From an uncultured Candidatus Saccharibacteria bacterium (lineage in GTDB: Bacteria > Patescibacteriota > Minisyncoccia > Phycocordibacterales > CSBR16-119), in contig CAZLAD010000003.1 in NCBI GenBank assembly GCA_964557535.1, forward strand, positions 25,671 to 89,670: a DNA stretch of 64,000 bases. The letters run 5' to 3'. The notes under the pieces were generated by a model. The model saw nothing but the letters and a program-made list of their open reading frames with translations, had not been told where the DNA came from and made no database searches. Below, in pieces: positions 17,394-26,111 of this stretch. The translations under genes were made by a program, and so were the position numbers. Every line of letters starts with the position of its first letter. The stretch's first letter is position 1.

Positions 17394-17779
17394 TCCAATA
17401 TTTTATCAATAAACCCAGAAAGTTACATGTGGAACCCGCCCGAACGTGCCGTTCGGTACGGGCGGGCATTTTCTAGGGTTTTTCACCATAAATAAGTCTA
17501 AAATAGACGTTTCATATGAAACGTTTCATAGGAAACGCCTGAAACCCATTATTTTTCAACGTTTTTAATTCATAAAGGACATTATTTGGTGGAAAAATAG
17601 GGACTTATTAACGTTATAAACAGGGTTATCCACATACTGGTCCCAGAAAAGCCTTATTTTATAATACCTGGGGCGTTGAGATTTTAAAAGACAAAAGTGG
17701 ATAAAGATGTGGGTAAAGGGGATAAAGGACAAATGTCTGGATGGGAATCGGTCACGCATAAATTCTTTCAGAATTTTGT

Positions 17780-17856
17780 GCGACCCCGACTCGGCGACAA
17801 GCACTCGTTTCGCTCGTCTTGTATACCGCCTCCGTCTTTCGATTCTCTTATCGCGG
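17780..17856. repeat. Copy 1 of a 70-nt tRNA-linked repeat (GCGACCCCGACTCGGCGACAAGCACTCGTTTCGCTCGTCTTGTATACCGCCTCCGTCTTTCGATTC...)
   Basis: About 95% identical to 18143-18210. Ends in a degenerate inverted copy of the tRNA-Gly(GCC) 3' end. Confidence 0.6.
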
Positions 17857-17905
17857 TAAAACACAAAGGCCCCAACGCTAACGCGTCAGGACATTGTGTT
17901 TTATG

Positions 17906-17976
17906 TGCGAGTAAGGGGAATCGAACCCCTGCCGTCTGATTGGCAACCAGACGTTCTACCATTAAACTATACTCGC
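17906..17976 (-). tRNA. tRNA-Gly (anticodon GCC)
   Basis: Reverse complement folds as acceptor GCGAGTA/TACTCGC, anticodon stem TCTGG/TCAGA with loop TTGCCAA, and T-loop TTCGATT. Confidence 0.8.
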
Positions 17977-18142
17977 AAATGAGAAGTGAAATAAGAATAG
18001 CACATGTTCTTATTTCCTTCGAATTCTGCGATTATATGAGGTTTACGCTCTTATACTCGCAAAATTGCCTTTTTAGATTAACATATCTTGACCAGGTCCA
18101 CTAGAGGGATTCGGTCACAGCTCTTTTGCTTCGCAAAAGGCC

Positions 18143-18220
18143 GCGACCCCGACTCAGCGACAAGCACTCGCTTCGCTCGTCTTGTATACCGCCTCCGTCT
18201 TTCGAATCCCTCTGGGTGCA
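18143..18220. repeat. Copy 2 of the 70-nt tRNA-linked repeat; its last 20 nt (TTCGAATCCCTCTGGGTGCA) are an inverted copy of the tRNA-Arg 3' end 50 nt away
   Basis: Forms a 21-bp perfect inverted repeat with 18269-18290. Confidence 0.6.
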
Positions 18221-18268
18221 AAAACAATAATCATGAAAAGCTAGCGCTTTCCATTCCTTTGTTTTTTG

Positions 18269-18340
18269 TGCACCCAGAGGGATTCGAACCCCCAATAACG
18301 GTTCCGAAGACCGTTGTGATATCCATTTCACCATGGGTGC
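18269..18340 (-). tRNA. tRNA-Arg (anticodon TCG)
   Basis: Reverse complement: acceptor GCACCCA/TGGGTGC, D-stem GTGA/TCAC, anticodon stem ACGGT/ACCGT with loop CTTCGGA, T-loop TTCGAAT. Confidence 0.8.
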
Positions 18341-18399
18341 GTTTCGGCAGAGCTATTCTAGTATTGTTTGGCATAATAATCAACAAATAAGTTACAATA

Positions 18400-19875
18400 G
18401 TGATCATGAAGGAAAATTTTAATATTCCCGGAGAAGTAAAACTCGTGACCGACGGGCTTGAGAACGCGGGCTTCGAAGCCTATATTGTCGGCGGGTGTGT
18501 TCGTGATTTGTTAACGGGGAAGACGCCGAAAGATTGGGACGTGACAACGAACGCCACACCCGAACAGATCCAAGAAATTTTTCCTGACACTTTCTATGAA
18601 AATAAATTCGGCACAGTTGGTGTTGAAAATAAAACGACAGAAAATGAAAATCTAAAAGTTATCGAAGTTACGCCGTACAGATTAGAATCAGCATATTCGG
18701 ATAATCGCCATCCGGACGAAGTAGAATTTTCCAAAAACCTGGAAGATGATTTGAAGCGCCGAGATTTCACAATGAACGCCATAGCGTACCGACCATCGAG
18801 CGGGGAATTGGTAGACCTCTACGGCGGACTCGAAGCGATCAAAGACAAAATGATAAAAGCGGTTGGCAATGCCGACGAACGTTTCAAAGAAGATGCTCTC
18901 CGAATACTTCGCGCGGTGCGATTTTCAACTCAACACGGATTTGTTATTGAGCACGAGACGATGATGGCGATGATTAAAAATGCTGAATTGCTTTCGAAAA
19001 TTTCGGCCGAAAGAATTCGTGATGAATTTTTGAAAATGATTATGTCGACTGAGCCACTTGTCGGGATCACACTTTCACAGAAACTTGGAATTATGAAATA
19101 CATTTCACCGGAATTAGAAATAGGTATTGGTGTTGAGCAAAACGGGGAACACATTTACGACGTCTTCGAGCACAACCTGCGTACGATGCAACACGCGGCG
19201 GACAAAGATTGGCCACTACACATTCGTCTCGCTGGACTATTTCACGACATCGGCAAGCCGGCGACGCGTGAATGGTCAAAAGAAAAAGACGATTACACTT
19301 TCTATGGACACGATGTCGTCGGGGCAAAAATTACAAAGAAAATTTGCGAGAGACTGAAATTCGGGAACGAACTCACTGACAAAGTTACGCGACTCGTGCG
19401 CTATCATATGTTTTTTGCTGATACCGATCAGATCACGCTTTCGGCCGTGCGTAGACTCGTGGCGAAAGTCGGTGCTAATAATGTTTGGGATCTGATTGAC
19501 CTGCGTATTTGCGACCGTATCGGTATGGGTCGGCCCAAGGAAGAGCCGTATCGTTTGCGTAAATTTGAATCAATGATTGAAGAAGTCATGCGCGATCCGA
19601 TCAATGTCGGAATGCTCAAAATTGATGGAAACCGTTTGCGCGAGATGGGGGAGAGACCAGGACCGCGAATGGGCTGGGCACTTCACGCGCTTCTCGAAGA
19701 AGTTCTGGAAGACCCGACAAAAAACATGGCAGAATATTTGGAAAGCCGCGCGATAGAATTACTGAAGCTAAGTGACGAACATCTACACCAGCTCGGCGAA
19801 GCAGGGAAGTCGGCAAAAGACGAAGCGGAAGATGCCGAAGTCCAAAAAATCAGAAAGGAATATAAGGTGAAATAA
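18400..19875 (+). CDS. cca: CCA-adding tRNA nucleotidyltransferase with C-terminal HD domain
   Basis: 491 aa. 'YIVGGCVRDLLTGKTPKDWDVTT' is the polymerase-beta-type nucleotidyltransferase head. An HD motif sits around 'LFHDIGKP'. Consistent with tRNA genes lacking an encoded CCA. Confidence 0.85.
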   Translation: MIMKENFNIPGEVKLVTDGLENAGFEAYIVGGCVRDLLTGKTPKDWDVTTNATPEQIQEIFPDTFYENKFGTVGVENKTTENENLKVIEVTPYRLESAYSDNRHPDEVEFSKNLEDDLKRRDFTMNAIAYRPSSGELVDLYGGLEAIKDKMIKAVGNADERFKEDALRILRAVRFSTQHGFVIEHETMMAMIKNAELLSKISAERIRDEFLKMIMSTEPLVGITLSQKLGIMKYISPELEIGIGVEQNGEHIYDVFEHNLRTMQHAADKDWPLHIRLAGLFHDIGKPATREWSKEKDDYTFYGHDVVGAKITKKICERLKFGNELTDKVTRLVRYHMFFADTDQITLSAVRRLVAKVGANNVWDLIDLRICDRIGMGRPKEEPYRLRKFESMIEEVMRDPINVGMLKIDGNRLREMGERPGPRMGWALHALLEEVLEDPTKNMAEYLESRAIELLKLSDEHLHQLGEAGKSAKDEAEDAEVQKIRKEYKVK

Positions 19876-20003
19876 AAAGCGAAGGCCCCGATTGCTCAGG
19901 GCCTTCCACGTTCGGGCTGAATAGCCTTTCCGCGCCCATTCCACCATGACTGTGCGCTGGCGCTTATTTCATACAGAACGTTTTCCAAGAAGTTCAGTGG
20001 TCT

Positions 20004-20150
20004 TCACGTGCGGACTACTGCCCGCCTCTCGATCTCATCGATACCCCAGGTCAGTAGGGTGATCAACATGACAAGAGTTGCTCTTATGGCCAGCCAGTCG
20101 ACTATCGTCAACCGACCAAACCCTTCAATCAGTACGTTGATGATCCACAT
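20004..20150 (-). CDS. Possible 48-aa hydrophobic peptide in a GC-rich islet
   Basis: ATG..TGA ORF 'MWIINVLIEGFGRLTIVDWLAIRATLVMLITLLTWGIDEIERRAVVRT', below the ORF-track size cut-off. The codons end in G/C, like the other GC-rich islets. Confidence 0.2.
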   Translation of the reverse strand: MWIINVLIEGFGRLTIVDWLAIRATLVMLITLLTWGIDEIERRAVVRT

Positions 20151-20255
20151 GAGTGTTCTGCTTGCCTAGACAATAGCATGCCCAGACAAAAAAGTCAACC
20201 CCCTCGCTTCCTCCTACGCCAAGGCTATAGATGGACAAGCAAAGCTTCGGATGGG

Positions 20256-20651
20256 TTAAGAGCAGAAGAAAAGGATGAATTTGGGGATAAAAATGATAAG
20301 ACCCACGACGACGGCGCCGATAGAGGTCAGAAGAACTGCGCCGGCCGAGACATCTTTCGTATATTTGGCATAAGGATGATATTCGGGGGAAGTCAGATCT
20401 ATGTCGAATTCGATGGCCGTATTGAAGCATTCGGCCGCGATGACCATGGTGATGACAAGGACCAAAAAAAGCCACTCAGTTGTAGTGATGTGAAAATAAA
20501 AACCCAGATAAACAACAATGACACCAACGAAAAGATGTATCCAGGCATTGTGCGTGGTTTTTATAAAAATTTTTAGACCATTTAGCGCATGCTTGAAACT
20601 CTTGGTGCGTTTTACAATACTGAAAGCCCTCTTTTCTGATTTATGATTCAT
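20256..20651 (-). CDS. dgkA: Diacylglycerol kinase / undecaprenol kinase (DgkA family)
   Basis: Strong similarity to prokaryotic DAGK: 'SFKHALNGLK...NAWIHL...EWLFLVLVITMVIAAECFNTAIE...HPYAKYTKDVSAGAVLL'. Start assumed at 'MNHKSEKR'. Confidence 0.85.
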   Translation of the reverse strand: MNHKSEKRAFSIVKRTKSFKHALNGLKIFIKTTHNAWIHLFVGVIVVYLGFYFHITTTEWLFLVLVITMVIAAECFNTAIEFDIDLTSPEYHPYAKYTKDVSAGAVLLTSIGAVVVGLIIFIPKFILFFCS

Positions 20652-20729
20652 ATGATTTTGCATACTGTAATTATAGTACAATAGAAACACACAGTACCTT
20701 TCAATTCACACACAACAAACCCCGAAGCC

Positions 20730-21545
20730 ATGAAGAAGAAGTTGGTAATTTCGTGCGTGATGACAGTTTTTTGGCTTCACGCTTTTGGACAGATGAGTTC
20801 TGGTACGATCATTGATCTATTGCCAGATCGAAGGGATTCACTGGAAGACGTTCGCGAATTCTACTACCACGTCAGCGTTTTCGGCATGATACCTGTCGAC
20901 GAGCGCAAGAACGATTTCCAGAAAAACCGTTTGGGCGACAAACCCGAAAGGCCAAATTTCTGGCGAGGTGAAGTTCAGATGGGACTTTTCCTGCCGGGCA
21001 AGAAGAATCGCATGCTGGAACCAAATGTTTGTGTTCGCATTGACGGGATGCCGACGCACTACCTGTCGTCTTCGATTGGATTTGGAATTGTTTGTCGGCC
21101 ACTCGACTTTGGTGTCGGTGTGCGCTTCGGTCAGTACTATCGACAGGTCGCGAGCGACGGGAATTTCATAACGCGTCGAAGCAAGCAGTTCGATAATTAC
21201 CCGATGCGAAGTATTTACTTCGAGATGGCAAATCGGGAGGCGTCGTTTTTCTTCGAGGTGGCCATCGAGAAAAAGAAGACGACGCTATCTACCAGAATTG
21301 CTGGGCGGTTCGGCAACATTCTGTCGCTTGGACGAGACGAAAGCCTTCTGCGAAGTTTGGAGCTCGTGCTTGAGTCGCGCGAATTTTCTGGATCTGGCGT
21401 AGGACTTTCAGTCAAGCCGTTGTCGCTGGTTCGTCTACAAGTCCTCTGGGTTGCACCGACAAAGCTCGACAGGAACGAACAGTCTCGCCTCGGTAATGTG
21501 GTTTCTCACGGAGTGCTAGCAAGCCTCTCGGTGTGTGTGAATTAG
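20730..21545 (+). CDS. Secreted hypothetical protein (signal peptide), GC-rich
   Basis: 271 aa. N-terminal 'MKKKLVISCVMTVFWLHAFG'. No recognizable domain. About 52% GC with G/C-ending codons. Confidence 0.45.
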   Translation: MKKKLVISCVMTVFWLHAFGQMSSGTIIDLLPDRRDSLEDVREFYYHVSVFGMIPVDERKNDFQKNRLGDKPERPNFWRGEVQMGLFLPGKKNRMLEPNVCVRIDGMPTHYLSSSIGFGIVCRPLDFGVGVRFGQYYRQVASDGNFITRRSKQFDNYPMRSIYFEMANREASFFFEVAIEKKKTTLSTRIAGRFGNILSLGRDESLLRSLELVLESREFSGSGVGLSVKPLSLVRLQVLWVAPTKLDRNEQSRLGNVVSHGVLASLSVCVN

Positions 21546-21662
21546 CCAAGAACCCTCTTGGCAAACGGCCCTTTCGCGAGGGCCGTTTGCAATTCCGGGA
21601 ATAATTTTTTTATCGCGTAACATTTACTTGGACGGTCGTCCAGAAAAATGATACGCACCTTT

Positions 21663-22466
21663 TTATAGATCAACTTCTATTGAAATCGGGCAGTGATCTG
21701 ATCCGTAAATTTCTGAATGCGTCGTGAATTTTTTTATATTTTTCAAAATATTTAGCGAAGCGAAGAAGTAGTCAATACGCCAGCCGACGTTGCGCTCGCG
21801 CGCGGCGGATTTTTGATCCCAGTACGTGTAGACATCTTTTTTCGTTGGATTGAAATTTCTAAACACGTCGACGTAGCCGTCAGCGATAACTTCGTCTACC
21901 CATGCGCGTTCTTCGGGTAAAAATCCAACATGCGTTTCATTTTCTTTTGGTCTGGCGATATCAATTTCTGTATGTGCGACGTTCACATCACCGGTGAAAA
22001 TTATTCTCCTTGTCCCGCCGGAGCCTTTGGCGGAGGGGGATTGCCCTTCCTTACTTAATTTATTTACGTATTTCAAAAACGCGTCATAGAACTCGAGTTT
22101 GTATTCTAAACGTTCCGGCGCACCACCACCGTTGGGGAAGTAGCAGTTAATCAAGACGAAATCTTTGAAATGCGCCGTGACTGTCCGGCCCTCGTCGTCA
22201 TCGCCTGGCATGTCGATACCATACGTGACTTTTTCTGGCGGGACTTTGGTATAGATGGCTACACCACTATAACCTTTCTTTACTTTAGAACTAGAGAAAT
22301 ATGATGTGTATCCTTTTGGCTTCAAAATTTCATCGGAAAGTTGAGATGGCTCGGCTTTGGTTTCCTGGAGACATAGAATGTCGGGTTTCAAAGCCAAAAT
22401 TTCGGCAAAAGCGCCTTTTTTAAAATTCGCCCGGATGCCGTTTACGTTCCAACTAATGATTCGCAT
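21663..22466 (-). CDS. xth: Exodeoxyribonuclease III (AP endonuclease, EEP family)
   Basis: 267 aa. 'MRIISWNVNGIRA...LCLQETK' and a C-terminal 'GSDHCP' motif. Confidence 0.9.
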   Translation of the reverse strand: MRIISWNVNGIRANFKKGAFAEILALKPDILCLQETKAEPSQLSDEILKPKGYTSYFSSSKVKKGYSGVAIYTKVPPEKVTYGIDMPGDDDEGRTVTAHFKDFVLINCYFPNGGGAPERLEYKLEFYDAFLKYVNKLSKEGQSPSAKGSGGTRRIIFTGDVNVAHTEIDIARPKENETHVGFLPEERAWVDEVIADGYVDVFRNFNPTKKDVYTYWDQKSAARERNVGWRIDYFFASLNILKNIKKFTTHSEIYGSDHCPISIEVDL

Positions 22467-22497
22467 AGCTTCTAGTGACTAGTTTTTAGCTTCTAGC
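22466..22497. repeat. Copy B of the 31-nt TAG-rich repeat; abuts the xth start codon
   Basis: TAGCTTCTAGTGACTAGTTTTTAGCTTCTAG. Confidence 0.6.
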
Positions 22498-22626
22498 TTT
22501 ATGGATTATACAAGAAAAATTATTGCAAAATAAAGGTTTTAATGGCTTGACAATAGTAACTATATATGCTACTATTCAAATCGACAATCCTGTCACTCAA
22601 CCAGTTCCACCAAAACCAAAACCGTC

Positions 22627-23064
22627 ATGAAAAACACTGTGAGCAATTCCCAGACGACGCACATGCCGTACACCCTCTTCGTCACCCAATTGCGGGGTGT
22701 CAAGAATGCCATGTTCCTGAAGAAGGATGAGAAGATCACCACAGACCGGCTCTTCAAGTTCTTCTGTGACCGCATCGTCGGGACGATGAAGAAGGAGAAT
22801 GCCCAGAAGTTGCGCAACAGCTTCGCTGAGCCTCTCACGCGCACGGAGGCTGATGCGCAGTTCGTGAAGATGTGCATGAAAGAGGCCGTCCGGCGGTTCA
22901 TGCGTGAAGAGCTGAGGCCCGAAAAGCACCAAGCCTTCCTCCGCGATCTGGCAGAATGCCTGATGACGAGCTCCCACAGCAAGAACGTGGAGGTGATCAT
23001 GTTCGCGGACGAACTGAGGGGTCTACTCTCCGAGCGGTTCCCCGGCAGAAAGCTGGCCGCCTGA
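22627..23064 (+). CDS. Hypothetical protein, GC-rich (about 56%), with distinct codon usage
   Basis: 145 aa, no recognizable domain. Shares the upstream motif CACCAAAACCGTCAT with the gene at 23888. A terminator hairpin AGCCCTGACCTTGTCGGGGCTttgttgtttt follows at 23086-23116. Confidence 0.4.
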   Translation: MKNTVSNSQTTHMPYTLFVTQLRGVKNAMFLKKDEKITTDRLFKFFCDRIVGTMKKENAQKLRNSFAEPLTRTEADAQFVKMCMKEAVRRFMREELRPEKHQAFLRDLAECLMTSSHSKNVEVIMFADELRGLLSERFPGRKLAA

Positions 23065-23119
23065 CGTACAACCGCGCAATGCGCGAACCGAGCCCTGACC
23101 TTGTCGGGGCTTTGTTGTT

Positions 23120-23764
23120 TTAATTTTTCTGCAAAAGCGTGATAAGTAGAGTCTCTCTTTCTTTTTCTAAATAAAAAATTTCTTGTTTTACTATTTTAAA
23201 ATTTACGTCATAGACCTCGGATAATTCTTCGGGAGTAAAGAAGTGATAGAGTGCGCCATACTTTTCGTAATCACCACCCTCGGATTCTTTGGGACGGAAG
23301 TCATAGAATTGTACCGTGTCGCGTGACAAACTGACATTTAAAACATGCCCGCCGGATTTCAAAACTCTAGAAATTTCACTTTGATACTTTGGCCAATCTT
23401 CGCGATGTAGGTGTTGCAGGAGCCCGATATCGGTCACAGCGTCAAAACTCTCATCGGCAAATGATATGTCGAGCGCGTCGCCGACAATAAATTTTATTTT
23501 TCCTTCGAGGTTTTTTGCTTTGACTTCAGTGTTGTTTATTTCAACTAGATGATCGATATTTTCAAGACCGATGACGCGAAGACCCATTTCAGCCATAGCA
23601 AAGGCTAGTCGTCCGCGACCGGAGCCGAGATCAAGTGTGAGAGCGTTTCCGGGGATGAGTGCCAAGTAGCCGAGAATCTTGGACTGGTAAAATTTATCCG
23701 TCCAAATATCTGCGCCGGTATTGTAGGCAGTTTCGAAATAGTTTTTCTGATCATCGTAATTCAT
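23120..23764 (-). CDS. Class I SAM-dependent methyltransferase
   Basis: 214 aa. Motif I 'LDLGSGRGRLAFAMAEMGLRVIGLE'. Confidence 0.8.
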   Translation of the reverse strand: MNYDDQKNYFETAYNTGADIWTDKFYQSKILGYLALIPGNALTLDLGSGRGRLAFAMAEMGLRVIGLENIDHLVEINNTEVKAKNLEGKIKFIVGDALDISFADESFDAVTDIGLLQHLHREDWPKYQSEISRVLKSGGHVLNVSLSRDTVQFYDFRPKESEGGDYEKYGALYHFFTPEELSEVYDVNFKIVKQEIFYLEKERETLLITLLQKN

Positions 23765-23887
23765 TAGTTCAAGTATAGACGAGTAAGTCGTAAGTCGGAA
23801 GTCGCAAGTAGGGGATTGATTAATTTTCTAAAAGGAGTATAAAAGAAAGCGAAGACGAACCATTCACCACCAAAACCGTCATCAGCG

Positions 23888-24238
23888 ATGAACAAAACAG
23901 TGCATTCAGGAGGATACGCCACGATTGTGGTAAACAAATCAGGCGACGAAACTCGTCGGTTGATGCAAGAAGCAGGCTTGCTCGAGCGCATACGTCAACA
24001 GGGAATCGATTGCTATATCCGCGGAGATGGTGGCCTCTCTGATATGACAGCTGCTGAGCATCTGCATGTGCTACTCACAGGCAAACAGTTGGTCATTAAG
24101 CCGGGTCGTGTTCTGTGCCTGTTCTTACGTCGCTCTCATCTGAAGAACGGCGTGGAAGAAAAGCCTATCGAGACTTTTGCGGGAGAACTCGGCAAGCTGT
24201 GCGGGGTTCCCGAAGAAGTCGAAGAAGTCGCGAGGTGA
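23888..24238 (+). CDS. Hypothetical protein, GC-rich, putative paralog-context partner of 22627
   Basis: 116 aa. Same upstream motif (ACCACCAAAACCGTCATcagcgATG). G/C-ending codons. Confidence 0.35.
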   Translation: MNKTVHSGGYATIVVNKSGDETRRLMQEAGLLERIRQQGIDCYIRGDGGLSDMTAAEHLHVLLTGKQLVIKPGRVLCLFLRRSHLKNGVEEKPIETFAGELGKLCGVPEEVEEVAR

Positions 24239-24320
24239 TACATTGTGTTCAAGTGGGAGTAAAGGGTCGCCACGGTGCGACCTTTCCCTTTTTTAAAAAA
24301 CTGCTAATATCTTTCCATGA

Positions 24321-24402
24321 GCCCAGGTGGCGAAACTGGTAGACGTACTACCTTGAGGTGGTAGCGCCGAAAGGCATGGAGGTTCGAGTCCTCTCCTGGG
24401 CA
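24321..24402 (+). tRNA. tRNA-Leu (anticodon GAG), class II with a long variable arm
   Basis: Acceptor GCCCAGG/CCTGGGC, anticodon stem CTACC/GGTAG with loop TTGAGGT, and variable arm CGCCGAAAGGCATG. Confidence 0.75.
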
Positions 24403-24447
24403 CAAAAAGAAAAAGCCTTTACGGGCTTTTTCTTTTTGTGCCCAGGA
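24403..24447. terminator. 17-bp perfect palindromic terminator (CACAAAAAGAAAAAGCC tttacg GGCTTTTTCTTTTTGTG)
   Basis: Read directly from the sequence; bidirectional. Confidence 0.65.
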
Positions 24448-24562
24448 AACGAGCCAATTGCTTGGCTTATGTGAGGGAGAGAAAGGCGCAGAAATATTTT
24501 TGTTTTGCGAAGCAAAGGCAAAAATGCCGAGCTGGGGCCACCCAATATGTTAGAATATTTCC

Positions 24563-25600
24563 ATGACAATTTTTGAACAAGTCTTTTTTAATTTAGGACC
24601 AGTTATTTTTGGTTTGGCTGGACTCAGCGTCGCCAGTTACGTTTACATAAAGAAAAAAACAGCACGACCGATGGTTTGCCCACTAAACGGCGAATGCGAA
24701 GTTGTCACGACCAGTAAATATTCCAAATTCTTTGGCATCCCAGTAGAACTTCTGGGAATTTTGTATTACGGACTTATTGTTTTCGTCTATGTTTTACACA
24801 ATCTCATACCATGGCTTTTGTCTGACACTGTTTTGTTCTTCGTTGTCGGGATGACTATCGGTGCGTTTATTTTCTCTCTTTATCTAATTTTCATACAAGC
24901 TTTTGTTTTGAAAAAGTGGTGTACATGGTGTCTGTTCTCGGCGGGATTTTCGACGTTTATATTTATTACAGCTATTTTTGGAACACAGATTGATGTGGTT
25001 GGTTTCTTGGCAACTTACAAAACTCCAATTATTATCATCCACGCTCTCGCCGCCGCGGTCGGTGTCGGGACGGCGACCATAACGGATATTTTCTTCTTCA
25101 AGTTTTTGCGCGACTATAAAATTTCTGAAAGCGAGAAAAATCTTCTAGATACGCTTTCAAATGTTATTTGGTTTGCGCTTGGAATTATTATTTTGACAGG
25201 AATCGGTCTTTACTTACCGGCGTCTGAAAGACTTGCCGAATCATCTAAATTCCTAACCAAGGTCGTGGCTGTAGCTGTCGTTACGATAAACGGCGTGTTC
25301 TTAAACTTGGTCGTTTCACCGAAAATGCTCGAAATGGATTTTTCGAATTCTGAAATTTCTCAAAAATCTGGCACACGTTTCATGCGCCGACTATCGTTCG
25401 CGCTTGGCGGTATCTCGATCTCGAGTTGGTACATCATCTTCGTTTTGGGGTCTCTCAAATCGATTCCCGTATCTTTCAAAACAGCAGTGATACTCTATGG
25501 ACTAGTCTTGTGTTTCGCGGTCGTTGCGACTCAGTTGCTTGATCGCAAAATGGTGCGAAATTACCAGGTAGAACAAGATAAAAATAATTCAAATGTTTAG
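24563..25600 (+). CDS. Vitamin K epoxide reductase (VKOR)-family membrane protein with an additional C-terminal multi-TM domain
   Basis: 345 aa. The N-terminal VKOR core has the active-site 'CTWC' after TM helices. The C-terminal half is hydrophobic. Confidence 0.7.
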   Translation: MTIFEQVFFNLGPVIFGLAGLSVASYVYIKKKTARPMVCPLNGECEVVTTSKYSKFFGIPVELLGILYYGLIVFVYVLHNLIPWLLSDTVLFFVVGMTIGAFIFSLYLIFIQAFVLKKWCTWCLFSAGFSTFIFITAIFGTQIDVVGFLATYKTPIIIIHALAAAVGVGTATITDIFFFKFLRDYKISESEKNLLDTLSNVIWFALGIIILTGIGLYLPASERLAESSKFLTKVVAVAVVTINGVFLNLVVSPKMLEMDFSNSEISQKSGTRFMRRLSFALGGISISSWYIIFVLGSLKSIPVSFKTAVILYGLVLCFAVVATQLLDRKMVRNYQVEQDKNNSNV

Positions 25601-25967
25601 TTTTGGTAAAAAAGAAGGTGTTTCGAGTGATCTTGATAGGCTTGAACAAGTAAAGCCTTTTGTTAAACGTTTGGAAGAATTTATAAAAGAAGCAGAATTT
25701 TTAGAGGATAGTGAAAATTTTAAAAACAAGATGATTGATATCGAAAGTCAGTATGATCTTGTTTGCACCATGTTCAAAAAAACAATTCACGGCGCTCAGT
25801 ATTTTAGAGAAAAAGAAGGAGTGTTTCGAGACTCTTTGGAAACTTCAGAAAATATAATCAAATACATACACACACCACTTGAAGATTTTAATGTAATAGA
25901 AAAACGGTTGCAATTGTTGCGTAGGAGGCTTGAAAATAGTTTGCATGATGACAAGTATTCTGACTAG
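25593..25967 (+). CDS. Hypothetical protein (predicted helical)
   Basis: 124 aa. Its start overlaps the VKOR stop by 8 nt, suggesting translational coupling. Confidence 0.4.
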   Translation: MFSFGKKEGVSSDLDRLEQVKPFVKRLEEFIKEAEFLEDSENFKNKMIDIESQYDLVCTMFKKTIHGAQYFREKEGVFRDSLETSENIIKYIHTPLEDFNVIEKRLQLLRRRLENSLHDDKYSD

Positions 25968-26038
25968 CCGGAAGTAGATTTTATTATATGATTCTGGTAT
26001 AACATTAGGACTCCGTAAGGAGTTTTATGGTGGCTATG

Positions 26039-26111
26039 GTGTAACGGTTAACACTGGAGCTTGTGGAGCTCTCAATTCGGGTTCGATTCCCGATAGCCAC
26101 CCCGCGTCAAA
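26039..26111 (+). tRNA. tRNA-His (anticodon GTG) with encoded G-1
   Basis: G-1 then acceptor GTGGCTA/TAGCCAC, discriminator C73. Anticodon loop TTGTGGA, T-loop TTCGATT. Confidence 0.8.
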
